Shown one piece after another: positions 49,554 through 59,204 of a DNA stretch of 64,000 bases; within the stretch, counting starts at the first letter, position 1, and the number at the start of each line of letters is the position of its first letter. The stretch is from contig CBDBHB010000009.1 of assembly GCA_965205505.1 (NCBI GenBank), positions 800,001 through 864,000 on the forward strand, written 5' to 3'. The notes beneath the pieces are model-generated. The model had not been told where the DNA came from and did no database searches. It saw only the letters and a list, made by a program, of their open reading frames with translations. The position numbers and the translations under genes were made by a program. The stretch comes from Acidobacteriota bacterium (lineage in GTDB: Bacteria; Acidobacteriota; UBA890; WLXD01).

Positions 49554-51497
49554 GTGTCGCGTGTAAAGAGGTTACTCGGAGCAGTCGTCGTCGCCGTGCT
49601 CACAATGCCCGGTAGCGCGGTGGTCCAGGCACAGGACGAGACGTCGAGAGGGGAGTGGCGGTCGTCCGGAGGCGACAGCGCCTACACGCGGTATTCGCCG
49701 CTCGATCAGATCACCCGCGACAACGTGAAGGATCTGCGGATCGTCTGGCGTCGCCCGGGTCTCGACCCCGAGTTCGCAGAGAAGTACCCGAGGCTACGAA
49801 CCGGCAATTATCTGCGCGCCACGCCGACGATGCTCGACGGGGTGCTGTACACACCCAACGCCGCCGGCCTGGTCGAGGCTGTCGACGCGGCCACCGGCGA
49901 GACCATCTGGCGCCAGGAGCCACCGCCGGAGATGGCGCAGGAGCGAAACTCGCAGAGCACACGGGGCGTGGATTACTGGGAGGGCGATTCGCAACGTCGG
50001 CTGTTCTCGAATCGGAACGGCTACCTGTATTCGCTTGATCTGCGCACCGGCGAGCCGTTTGCCGGGTTCGGTGACAACGGTCGGGTAAGCCTCACGCCGA
50101 CCGAGGCGCGCAACTTCCGCTGGACCTCCGGCCCGATCGTGGTGGGTGATGTCGTCGTTATCGCCGGCAACGTCGATGGCGCCGGCGACGGCGGCATGCG
50201 GTGGAAAGACAGCATGCCGGAGGACGTGCGCGGCTTCGATGTTCTCACCGGCCGGCTGTTGTGGACCTTTCACGTGGTGCCGCGCGAGGGCGAGTACGGT
50301 GCTGAGACCTGGGGCGACGACTCCCGAGCGCACTCGGGTGATCTGGGCTCCTGGTGTTGCCTGTCCGCCGACGAGGAGCTCGGCTATGTGTACGTTCCGC
50401 TGACTGCTCCGACAGCGGCGTACTACGGCGGACACCGGCCTGGCGACAACCTCTTCTCCAATGCTCTCGTGGCGCTCGATGCCAAGACCGGCAAGCGCGT
50501 CTGGCATTTCCAGATGGTGCATCACGACCTGTGGGAGTACGACACCGTCGGACCGGCGACCTTGGGAGATCTCACGGTCGACGGAAGGCGGATCAAGGCG
50601 GTCATGCAGCCCAGCAAGACCGGCTACTTGTACGTCTTCGATCGTGCCACGGGCACACCGGTGTGGCCTATCGAGGAGCGCCCTGTGCCGCCCTCGACCG
50701 TGCCGGGAGAGCAAGCGTCGCCGACGCAACCTATCCCCACCAAGCCACCGCCGTTCGCGCGTATCGGCCTGACCGAGGACGACTTCATCGATTTCACGCC
50801 GGAGTTACGGGCGCGGGCACAGGAGCTTGCCGCTCAGTTCGTTATTGGTCCCATCTTCACGCCGCCCTCGCTGGTCAGCGACGAGCCGGGTGGCACCCAG
50901 GGCACCCTCATGGTGCCGGGGTCGTGGGGCTCCGGGAACTGGAACACCGGTGCGTTCGATCCGGAGACCGGCTTCTACTACGCCGTCTCGCACGCGATTC
51001 CACGCGTCTACCGCATCGCCGAGGCCGACGACGAAGACACCGAGATGGATTACTGGAGTCCCAATCGCGAAGCCCCGTACATCGACGGCTTGCCCCTTAT
51101 CAAGCCTCCCTGGGGACGCGTCGTGGCGCTGGATCTCAACCGCGGCGAACACGTGTGGACGATCGCCAACGGCGATGGTCCTCGGGACCACCCACTCCTC
51201 GAAGGCCTCGACCTGCCACCGCTGGGGATTGCCAGTCGACCGACGCCGCTGGTGACCAAGACCCTGCTGTTCATCGGTGACGGCAGCGACGTATTCGGCG
51301 GCATCCCGGAGCTGATGCATGGTCGCAAGTTCCGTGCCCTCGACAAGGCTACCGGCGAGGTGCTTTGGGAAACCGAGCTGCCGGCGGCGCAGACGGGTGG
51401 TCCGATGACCTATCTGGTCGGAGGCAAGCAGTTCATCGTAGTGGCCATCGGGGAGCGGGATTGGCCCTCGGAGTGGGTGGCGCTGGCGCTGCCATGA
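49554..51497 (+). CDS. PQQ-dependent (glucose/quinate-type) dehydrogenase
   Basis: RYSPLDQITRDNV, WHFQMVHHDLWEYD, VFDRATGTPVWPIEERPVP, PMTY..GGKQFIVVA. Confidence 0.9.
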   Translation: MSRVKRLLGAVVVAVLTMPGSAVVQAQDETSRGEWRSSGGDSAYTRYSPLDQITRDNVKDLRIVWRRPGLDPEFAEKYPRLRTGNYLRATPTMLDGVLYTPNAAGLVEAVDAATGETIWRQEPPPEMAQERNSQSTRGVDYWEGDSQRRLFSNRNGYLYSLDLRTGEPFAGFGDNGRVSLTPTEARNFRWTSGPIVVGDVVVIAGNVDGAGDGGMRWKDSMPEDVRGFDVLTGRLLWTFHVVPREGEYGAETWGDDSRAHSGDLGSWCCLSADEELGYVYVPLTAPTAAYYGGHRPGDNLFSNALVALDAKTGKRVWHFQMVHHDLWEYDTVGPATLGDLTVDGRRIKAVMQPSKTGYLYVFDRATGTPVWPIEERPVPPSTVPGEQASPTQPIPTKPPPFARIGLTEDDFIDFTPELRARAQELAAQFVIGPIFTPPSLVSDEPGGTQGTLMVPGSWGSGNWNTGAFDPETGFYYAVSHAIPRVYRIAEADDEDTEMDYWSPNREAPYIDGLPLIKPPWGRVVALDLNRGEHVWTIANGDGPRDHPLLEGLDLPPLGIASRPTPLVTKTLLFIGDGSDVFGGIPELMHGRKFRALDKATGEVLWETELPAAQTGGPMTYLVGGKQFIVVAIGERDWPSEWVALALP

Positions 51498-51512
51498 CCC
51501 TCCATAGACTCC

Positions 51513-51529
51513 ATGATCAGGAGCACTAG
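51513..51529 (+). repeat. Solo terminus of MITE family B
   Basis: ATGATCAGGAGCACTAG between convergent genes. Confidence 0.78.
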
Positions 51530-51550
51530 CCGCCGCGCCGAGCCGTGTGG

Positions 51551-52804
51551 CTACTGCACCGCCGGGATCACGTGGTCGATGATTACCGACTGCGCCGAGT
51601 ACGACTGCTCGTAGATGTTCCATGAGTTAACCACCGCCACGAGGTCGAGCTCGGGGACGATGATCAGCGACTGGCCCCCGTACCCCGATCCGCCGTACTG
51701 CTTCGGGGCGTCGCCGCTGCCGTCGTTCATGATCCACCACTGAAAGCCGTAGCCGCGTTTGCTGTCGGGGTTCTCGGGGGTAGCGAACGACACCCACGGA
51801 CGTGCCGATCTCTCTACCCAGCCTTCCGGGAGAAGGCGGACGCCGTCCCAGACCCCGTCCCGCATGAACAGATAGCCGATCTTCGCGAGATCTTCCGGCT
51901 TGAGGTACAGGCCGCCCTCGGTGTCTTGGAGGCCGTCGGGAATCGCCTTCCAGTAGTAATCGGTGATGCCCAGCGGGCCGAAGAGGTATTGCTCGGCGTA
52001 CTCCCCGACGTTGAGGCCGGTGGTGGCTTCGAGAATCGCCGCCATGATCATCGAGTTGCCGCTGTTGTAGACGAACGTCTCTCCCGGCACCGCCGCCATC
52101 GGCTTGTCGAGCACGAACTGCACCCAGTCTTCCGAGGCTTCGAGCTGCGCCGCGTCGTTGCCCATATCTGTATAGGGCAGCGTGAACTCGTCCCACTCGA
52201 AGCCCGGTCGCATAGTGAGCACATGTTCGAGCGTGATCGTCGCCTTCACCCCGTCGGGGTCGTCGATCTCCCGATCCGAGAGGTAGGAAAGCGCCGCAAC
52301 GTCGGTGCCTTCGATCTCGCCCCGGTAGATGGCGATGCCGATCAGCGCCGAGGTCACGCTCTTGGTGATCGACTGGATGGTGTGTACGTCGGATCCTTCA
52401 CGAAACGGGTGGTAGTCGGGATTGTAATAGTTGTACTGGTGCGGCTCCTGCTCGTAGCCGGAGTTGATCTCCACGTAGTCGTGCTCATAGCGGAAATCGG
52501 CGATGACCCGCCCGTGGCGCGTCACCACCAACGCATCGACATTGCCGTAGGCTCCGGCGGCCAGTTGGGCGTCGAGCGCGGTCAGCGCGGCGCCGTCGAC
52601 GCCTTCGTCCTCGGGAGCCGAACGACTCCAGCCGTTGGTTGGCCAAGAAGTGGCTTCCGGCATCTCCACGTCGTTCGCATCGCCGCCGGCGCATGCGACC
52701 ATCGCCGTGCAGGCGAGGGCGGCGAGCAGCCGCGCGAGGGCTGGCTGGCGTTCGATACGGTGTCGGCCGGAGAAGGTGTGTGATGGGGTGAGGCGCTCTC
52801 GCAT
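51551..52804 (-). CDS. Lipoprotein serine hydrolase (NylB-like beta-lactamase family)
   Basis: Lipobox-like MVAC, QSITKS, FVYNSG, LAKIGYL, GYGGQ. Confidence 0.88.
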   Translation of the reverse strand: MRERLTPSHTFSGRHRIERQPALARLLAALACTAMVACAGGDANDVEMPEATSWPTNGWSRSAPEDEGVDGAALTALDAQLAAGAYGNVDALVVTRHGRVIADFRYEHDYVEINSGYEQEPHQYNYYNPDYHPFREGSDVHTIQSITKSVTSALIGIAIYRGEIEGTDVAALSYLSDREIDDPDGVKATITLEHVLTMRPGFEWDEFTLPYTDMGNDAAQLEASEDWVQFVLDKPMAAVPGETFVYNSGNSMIMAAILEATTGLNVGEYAEQYLFGPLGITDYYWKAIPDGLQDTEGGLYLKPEDLAKIGYLFMRDGVWDGVRLLPEGWVERSARPWVSFATPENPDSKRGYGFQWWIMNDGSGDAPKQYGGSGYGGQSLIIVPELDLVAVVNSWNIYEQSYSAQSVIIDHVIPAVQ

Positions 52805-52860
52805 GGGTGATCTCGCTGGTCTGTTGGCAGGAAGGCGTGCACCTTAGCATTCGGCCGGAG

Positions 52861-52997
52861 GGTTACGACGATTCGGGGCCATCTGCTGCGTTGGCCTTCC
52901 TCGACGATGGCTAGAGCATCGCCAGCGTCAGGCCGCCTTCCAACTGGCCCCAACTCGCCGTAACCAGGCCCGCCACACTTCCACCACGGCCTGCTAG
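52861..52997. repeat. Family A element carrying the ERIC-like core in a long hairpin
   Basis: GGTTACG..CGA..GGGGCCA pairs with TGGCCCC..TCG..CGTAACC around core 52888-52940; followed by CCGCCACACTTCCACCACGGCCTGCTAG. Confidence 0.78.
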
Positions 52998-53013
52998 TAT
53001 CCAGCCGTCGACG

Positions 53014-54807
53014 ATGGATACGCGGGAGGAGAGCATGACGCACGACCGAGATGACGACGAGAGGCGGTTTACTCGAGGCGAGTTTCTCGGGATAGGAGCT
53101 GGCTGGGCGGCGGGAATCGGTGCCGCGTCGGCGGGCCTGGCCGCCGCCAGCTCGAGCGCTGCTGCTGCTAGCCTGAGTACCTCGCCCCACCACGTCGCGG
53201 TCGCTCGCTCGAAGCGGCGCGCCAGTGCGCCTGTGGACATGATTGTGCGCAACGCCCGCGTCCACACCGTCGACGACGCCATGCCAGCCGCCGAGGCCTT
53301 CGCAGTGTCGGGCGACCGCTTCGTGGCGGTTGGCAGCAACGCCGATGTCGACAACCTCGGTGGACCCGGGGTCGAGGTGATCGACGCCGTCGGCATGACC
53401 GTGGTGCCCGGCTTCATCGATGCGCACTCGCATCCCGGCAGCGGTGGGCTGCGCGAGCTCAAGAGCGTGAACGTCGATTTGCGGAGCATCCGCGCCATCC
53501 AGGACGCCTTGCGCCAACGCTCCGAACAGACGCCGGCGGGCGAGTGGGTGATCGGCTTCAAGTACGACGACACCAAAGTGAGCGACGGGCGCCAGCTGCA
53601 TCGCCGCGATATCGATGAGGCGGTGCCCGATCATCCGGTGCGCATTACCCACAGAGGTGGCCATACCTCCTGGTACAACTCGAAGGCGCTGGATCTTGCC
53701 GGGATCACCGCTGCGACGCCCGATCCGGAGCACGGGCGGTTCTTCCGGGAGGGCGGCGAGCTCACCGGCCGGGTAGCCGAGCGCGCCAACGCGGTATTCA
53801 GTGGTCTGATCACCAACGATGCGACGCGCCAAGACAGGCAAGCCGGCGTGGCGTTGATCACCCGGTTGATGGCGCGGTCGGGCCTGACATCGGTTCACGA
53901 CGCGGGCTCGGGTGCCGCCGGCGCTACCGCCTACCGCGACGCATACCGGGCCGGCGAGCTGCGCTGTCGCGTCTACATGCTCATGCGAGGCGGAATCTAC
54001 GAGGATGTCAAGGCGGCCGGGTTGTACTCCGGGTTCGGCGACGAGTGGTTCCGCCTGGGGGCGGTGAAATTCGGTGCCGACGGCTCGGCGTCGGAGCGCA
54101 CCATGGCCATGAGCACGCCGTATGTGGGCCGCCCCGACGACTACGGCATCTTGACGATGACGCAGGAAGATATCCACGAGGCGGTGGAGGATTGCCACCG
54201 CCACGACTTCCAGGTCGGGATCCACGCCAATGGCGACATCGCCATCGACATGGTGCTCAATGCATACGAGCGCGTGCAGAGGCTGTGGCCGCGCCCGGAT
54301 CCCCGCCATCGCCTCGAGCACTGCTCGCTGGTGAATCCCGAGTTGCTCGGTCGGATCAAGGCCACCGGCTCGATTCCGACGCCCTTCTATACGTACGTGC
54401 ATTACCACGGCAACAAGTGGGTGGAGTACGGCGCGGAGAAGATGCGGTGGATGTTCGCGCACCGCTCGTTCCTCGACTACGACATCCCGGTGGCAGGAGC
54501 GTCGGACTACGTGCCGGGTCCGTACGAGCCGCTGATGGCGATTCAGTCGTTGGTTACGCGCAAGGACTTCGACGGGCGCATCTGGGGCCCGAATCAGCGC
54601 GTCAGCGTCGAGGAGGCATTGCGCATCTGTACCATCAACGGTGCCCACGCCTCGTTCGAGGAGACCCTCAAGGGCTCGATCACCGCCGGCAAGCTAGCCG
54701 ATTTCGTGATGCTGGGGGAGGATCCCCACGACGCCGATCCCGATTCGATCAAGGAGATCGAGGTGGCGCGAACTGTCGCCGGCGGCCGGACGACGCATGA
54801 GGCGTGA
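53014..54807 (+). CDS. Amidohydrolase 3 (YtcJ-like) with Tat-like signal
   Basis: RRFTRGEFL leader, PGFIDAHSH, VKFGADGS, IHANGD, RLEHC, GKLADFV. Confidence 0.9.
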   Translation: MDTREESMTHDRDDDERRFTRGEFLGIGAGWAAGIGAASAGLAAASSSAAAASLSTSPHHVAVARSKRRASAPVDMIVRNARVHTVDDAMPAAEAFAVSGDRFVAVGSNADVDNLGGPGVEVIDAVGMTVVPGFIDAHSHPGSGGLRELKSVNVDLRSIRAIQDALRQRSEQTPAGEWVIGFKYDDTKVSDGRQLHRRDIDEAVPDHPVRITHRGGHTSWYNSKALDLAGITAATPDPEHGRFFREGGELTGRVAERANAVFSGLITNDATRQDRQAGVALITRLMARSGLTSVHDAGSGAAGATAYRDAYRAGELRCRVYMLMRGGIYEDVKAAGLYSGFGDEWFRLGAVKFGADGSASERTMAMSTPYVGRPDDYGILTMTQEDIHEAVEDCHRHDFQVGIHANGDIAIDMVLNAYERVQRLWPRPDPRHRLEHCSLVNPELLGRIKATGSIPTPFYTYVHYHGNKWVEYGAEKMRWMFAHRSFLDYDIPVAGASDYVPGPYEPLMAIQSLVTRKDFDGRIWGPNQRVSVEEALRICTINGAHASFEETLKGSITAGKLADFVMLGEDPHDADPDSIKEIEVARTVAGGRTTHEA

Positions 54808-54831
54808 GCCTCCACAACCCTGTCGGCCGCC

Positions 54832-54859
54832 CCGCTACACTCCCACCACGGCCTGCTAG
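54832..54859 (+). repeat. Family A element end
   Basis: CCGCTACACTCCCACCACGGCCTGCTAG; its CTAG is the stop of the convergent lipoprotein gene. Confidence 0.8.
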
Positions 54860-55893
54860 GACGGCGGAATAGGATCTTCGGTGTGCGTCTCCGCGTCGTC
54901 TTCGTGCGTCAGCTCGATATCGATGCCGTACCAGAGCCACTCGGGGGTTAGCTTCAGCCCTGCCGGCGATGCCGCCACGTCGAGCACGTGACCGCCCAGC
55001 TCGAGCGTCTCGCTGACGCTCAAGGGCATGGTGATCGGGCGCAGCACGCTGTCGGGCAGACCGAAGCGGAAGCCCGTGTGCAGGATCTCCCGCAGCTTGG
55101 TCTCCATGCTGTCGGCGTTGAGCGCCAGGCCGCAGCGGAACATCTTGTCCTGTGCCGCGAGGATCTCGCGCACGTGCGCCCACGATTCCTCGGTGGGCTC
55201 CGGTTGTACGTCGAGTCGCTGGGGGAAGCTGGGGTCGAGCACGAGGCTGCCGTCGACGGGTGTGATCTGGAAGTGTCCGTTGAGATCGTAGTTGCGCGTG
55301 CGGATCGTGGCCGAGAATGACTCATCCACCTGGAAGTCCCGGCACACGACGCTGATGACGGTGGCGGCGTCCCATTCGAACTTGATGCGCGCCGTACCCG
55401 TGCCGTTTACCACCTGCGCCGGCAGGCGCAGCGCGAAACGGTCATAGCTGTCTACGGTGATCGTCGGCTCGCCGGCGCGCAGCGTGGCCCGGATGTCGTT
55501 GATGCTGACGTGCAGCGTCCAGCGCCCGGCGCGGACACGGATCGGTCCGATCCGCGTCCTCACCTCATTGTCTTCCTGGGCCACGGTGCCGGGGCTGAGG
55601 TGCAACTGCACGTCGTCGAGATATTGGGATGAGGCTACCGTCAACAGCTCCTGCAGCATGCCGATCCGCAGCCGCACAACCACGTCGGCGGCCTCGAGCG
55701 CCTCGCCCACCAGCATGATCTCCGGATCGAGCCGAGCGTCAACTACCGATCGCAAGGCGGCTACCTGTTGCTGCAGGGTTGCGAGGGCCTCGTCGGGCTC
55801 GGACCTTGCGCCGCTCGAGCTGCAGCCACCGGCCAGGACGGTAATCGCGAGGCCGGCAACGAGATGCGGGCGCGATTGATGACAGACCCGCAT
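54856..55893 (-). CDS. Hypothetical lipoprotein
   Basis: Lipobox LAGGC, short coiled coil, long beta-rich body; TGATG coupling to the upstream gene. Confidence 0.7.
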   Translation of the reverse strand: MRVCHQSRPHLVAGLAITVLAGGCSSSGARSEPDEALATLQQQVAALRSVVDARLDPEIMLVGEALEAADVVVRLRIGMLQELLTVASSQYLDDVQLHLSPGTVAQEDNEVRTRIGPIRVRAGRWTLHVSINDIRATLRAGEPTITVDSYDRFALRLPAQVVNGTGTARIKFEWDAATVISVVCRDFQVDESFSATIRTRNYDLNGHFQITPVDGSLVLDPSFPQRLDVQPEPTEESWAHVREILAAQDKMFRCGLALNADSMETKLREILHTGFRFGLPDSVLRPITMPLSVSETLELGGHVLDVAASPAGLKLTPEWLWYGIDIELTHEDDAETHTEDPIPPS

Positions 55894-56693
55894 CAGGGAG
55901 TGCCTGGGGCGGCTGGGGCATCGTCGTCGGCTATCGACGGTGGCGCGGCATCCACATCGACGTCGATGACTATCCACAACCGCTCGTCCGCGGCCAGCAC
56001 GCTGCCGACCCGTGCGGCGAGCGGCACGCGGACCGCAGGAATGGTGACGTCGGCGTCGTCGACCGCTGGCAGGTGGATGTCGTGCTCCAGAAGTATCGGC
56101 ACCGGTAGGTTGCCGAACAGCTGGTTGAACTCGTTTGCCTTGCGCGTTGCGAGCTCGGAGGCGAGCCGTGCGGCCGGGGCAGACCAGCCGCCGACGCTCA
56201 CCTCCTGCGCCTTGACAGTGAGGATCTCAACTCGGGCGAGTAGCACGCCCAGGTCCTGATCGAGCCCGACGATCTGGAGCAGCCCGAACACCGTTGCATC
56301 GACGAAAACGTCCGGACGATCGGCGAGCGATACGCGACCGTTGAACTGCACCAGCGCCAGGCCGGTGCGAAAATCGACCTCGGCGGCGCGAAGCTGTACG
56401 TGGAAACGCTCGGCGATCGTTTCCTCGACCGGTAGCGCTGCCGTAAGCAACTCGGCGAGAGTGCGCTCGTGCACCACGACAATCATGTCGGCCTCGCCGA
56501 GCACACGGCCGAAATCCAGGCTCTGATAACTCGACAGGCTGGCGAGCTCGCGCTCCAGCACGATGCGCTCAGCGTCGGGTCCAGGATCTGATTGGCAGGC
56601 GGCTGTCAGTAACGAGGCGGCCAGTGGCAACAGGCAAGCGAGAGCACGCGTCTGCCATCGACTAACGTTTCCCGTTTCCACGCCCACCGTCAC
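55893..56693 (-). CDS. Hypothetical lipoprotein
   Basis: Lipobox LTAAC; similar architecture to the downstream gene. Confidence 0.7.
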   Translation of the reverse strand: MTVGVETGNVSRWQTRALACLLPLAASLLTAACQSDPGPDAERIVLERELASLSSYQSLDFGRVLGEADMIVVVHERTLAELLTAALPVEETIAERFHVQLRAAEVDFRTGLALVQFNGRVSLADRPDVFVDATVFGLLQIVGLDQDLGVLLARVEILTVKAQEVSVGGWSAPAARLASELATRKANEFNQLFGNLPVPILLEHDIHLPAVDDADVTIPAVRVPLAARVGSVLAADERLWIVIDVDVDAAPPSIADDDAPAAPGTP

Positions 56694-56741
56694 ACTTCCT
56701 GCCGGCGAAACCTTCTGCGCTCGATCTGTCCGAGGACCCGT

Positions 56742-59204
56742 TTACTGGATGTACCCGAGGGCCCGAAGCTTCTCCAGCTCCTCGGCAGACATGCTGTCCG
56801 TCGATCCTTCCTCGACGCGCGCCGCCAGCGCCGACTCGAGCCACATGTCGAGCTCCCCGGCGAGCAACTCGACGACGTCGGGGTGGTCGCTGGCAACGTC
56901 GTTCTGGTCGAGCGGGTCGTCATCGTAGTCGAACAGCTCGTACTCCAGGCGGTCGACGGGACGCTCGGTATTGCGAATCAGCTTCCAGCCGTCGGCGACG
57001 ATCACGTAGCTGGCGGCCTCGTCCTCGAACAATTGCTCGCTGCGGATCAGCGCACGCTCGGCGAAAGCAGGTCGCGGGACCCAGCCGAGAGAGGTCGGAG
57101 CGTCTGGGCGTGCCATCAGCGGCACCAGGCTCTGACCTTGCGCCTGTTGCGGTGTCGGAACGCGCGCCAGGTCGAGCAGCGTCGGGTAGACGTCGATCGA
57201 CTGCACCACCGTGTCGATGCGGCGCGTCGGGATCACGCCCGGCCAGGAGAAGAACAAAGGTACGTTGAGCATCTCGCCGTAGGCGGTGACGCCGTGCCAG
57301 TGATGGCCGTGCTCGAGGAACTCCTCTCCGTGATCGCTCATGAACACGATCAGTGTGTCGTCGCGCCGCCCCAGCGCGTCGAGCTTCTCGAGCAACCGTC
57401 CCACCTCCACGTCCATTGCCTTGATCGAGGCGTCGTACCAGTCCATCTCGGCATCGAGGAAAATGTCGGCGTCGATGCCGGCCTCCGCCAGGGTCTCGAC
57501 GCTCGGAAGCCTCTGGCTCTTCATGAGCCCAGGTTCCATGATCTCCACCGCTGCCGCCAGGTTTTCGCGATGCTGCTCGGCCTCGGCGTCGTCCATGTAG
57601 GCGCCGTCATACGGCCCGTAGGGCTCGAACGGGCTATGAGGGTCGAAGACATGCAGGAATGCGAAGAACGGGGTGTCGCGGTGCGTTTCCAGCCACCGCA
57701 GCAGCCGATCCACGAATGTGCGCGCGGTCTTGGAGTCGCTGTGATCGAGGTCGCCGATCGAAGCGGCCTCATGCAACACCTCGACGCCCTGATGGAGGTT
57801 GGTCATGCGTCCGGTGAAGGGCACCGAGGAGGTATGGAAGGTAGCGTAGCCGGCCTGCTGAAAGACCTCGGCGAGCGTCGTCACCGACGACGGCAGGCGG
57901 TCCGGCGTATCGACGATCCCGTGGCTGCTCGGGTACAGGGACGTCAAGATCGACGAGACCGAGACCTTGGTCCAGGTTGCCTGTGAGACGTCCTTGGTGA
58001 ACACGGCGCCCTCCTCGGCCAGCGCCGCCAGGTTGGGAGCGTTGTCGCGCCTGCCACCGTGCCACGGAAGGTGATCGCGCCGCAGCGTGTCAGCGACGAT
58101 CAACAGCACCCCGCGGGGCGCTCGCGTATCGCTGGCGAGCTCGGTGCGCGCCTCCGAGGCGCGCGCCGTGCGGGTGATGTCGTCACGCTGCCGGATCACC
58201 GGGGTTCCCCAGTAGGCGATCGTACGGTCGTCGTCGGCGCTGGCCTGTAGGGCGAAGGTGACAGACTTGCCAGCGAGATCGCTCAAGTCGATGGCGATTG
58301 GTTCCCAACGGTCAGCCGTGGTCACCGTGTGCACGAGCAGCGCCGATTCCTGGGCTCCGGCGGTGACATTGACTCGGAACGTCACCGGGGTGGGTTCAAT
58401 CGTACCCAGGTGGAGCTCGAGCCAGGGTCGGGACGGCAGGTTCACAGCGAAGGAGACGCGCTCCGGGGTTCGCGTTACCAGGGTCTCGCGGAAGACGTTG
58501 CCTTGCCCCTGCCAACCGAGCCCGGACTCGATCGACCGCAGGTGCTCGCGCCGCGAGACGACGCGAACCGACTCGATGGCAAACTCGGCGCCGTCCACAT
58601 CAGTGGGACGAAGCACGAGGTGACGTATGCCCTCCAGGCGCAATGTCGAGTTGAACGAGCTGCGCGTCGACAGCGCGAAACTCTGCAGCTCATCGCCGGG
58701 AATCACTGGCGTGCTCGCCTGTGCGCTTGCAACGCTGGCGGCTGCCCCCAGCGTCTGCTCCTCGTTGAGTGTCTCGTCGGAGGAAAAGCTGGCGCCGGCA
58801 CGAGTTCCCGCCGAAACACGCATGCGTACCTGGATCTCATGAAGCTCGTCGCCGAGTGTCACGTCATCGGGGATGGCGACGACGAGCAGTCCGACATCGT
58901 CGGTGATTCGCCCGACGAGAAGGCCGTCACGCGCCTGCAGACTTCCGATCGCGCCGATGCCCCGCCAGCCTAGAGCTGTGCCGGCGGTCGAGTCTCCAGG
59001 CGAAATGCCCGCGGCGAAGTCCCAGACCACCGGTTCGATCGGCTCGAGCGGCGGCGTCCCTTCGACGGTCGCGTCTGCCATGCGATCGACCAGTCGGATG
59101 CTGACGGGCTCCGACGACGAGTCGGCGCCGCAGCTGCTGATCACCACGTCCGCGAGAGCTAGCGTGAAGTATTTCGGGCTGGGCCGACAGCGGGCCGTCG
59201 TCAT
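56742..59204 (-). CDS. Sulfatase-like hydrolase with large N-terminal beta domains
   Basis: LIVADTLRRDH, FDPHSPF, WYDASI, MSDHGEEF, DVYPTLL, LEKLRALGYIQ. Confidence 0.88.
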   Translation of the reverse strand: MTTARCRPSPKYFTLALADVVISSCGADSSSEPVSIRLVDRMADATVEGTPPLEPIEPVVWDFAAGISPGDSTAGTALGWRGIGAIGSLQARDGLLVGRITDDVGLLVVAIPDDVTLGDELHEIQVRMRVSAGTRAGASFSSDETLNEEQTLGAAASVASAQASTPVIPGDELQSFALSTRSSFNSTLRLEGIRHLVLRPTDVDGAEFAIESVRVVSRREHLRSIESGLGWQGQGNVFRETLVTRTPERVSFAVNLPSRPWLELHLGTIEPTPVTFRVNVTAGAQESALLVHTVTTADRWEPIAIDLSDLAGKSVTFALQASADDDRTIAYWGTPVIRQRDDITRTARASEARTELASDTRAPRGVLLIVADTLRRDHLPWHGGRRDNAPNLAALAEEGAVFTKDVSQATWTKVSVSSILTSLYPSSHGIVDTPDRLPSSVTTLAEVFQQAGYATFHTSSVPFTGRMTNLHQGVEVLHEAASIGDLDHSDSKTARTFVDRLLRWLETHRDTPFFAFLHVFDPHSPFEPYGPYDGAYMDDAEAEQHRENLAAAVEIMEPGLMKSQRLPSVETLAEAGIDADIFLDAEMDWYDASIKAMDVEVGRLLEKLDALGRRDDTLIVFMSDHGEEFLEHGHHWHGVTAYGEMLNVPLFFSWPGVIPTRRIDTVVQSIDVYPTLLDLARVPTPQQAQGQSLVPLMARPDAPTSLGWVPRPAFAERALIRSEQLFEDEAASYVIVADGWKLIRNTERPVDRLEYELFDYDDDPLDQNDVASDHPDVVELLAGELDMWLESALAARVEEGSTDSMSAEELEKLRALGYIQ

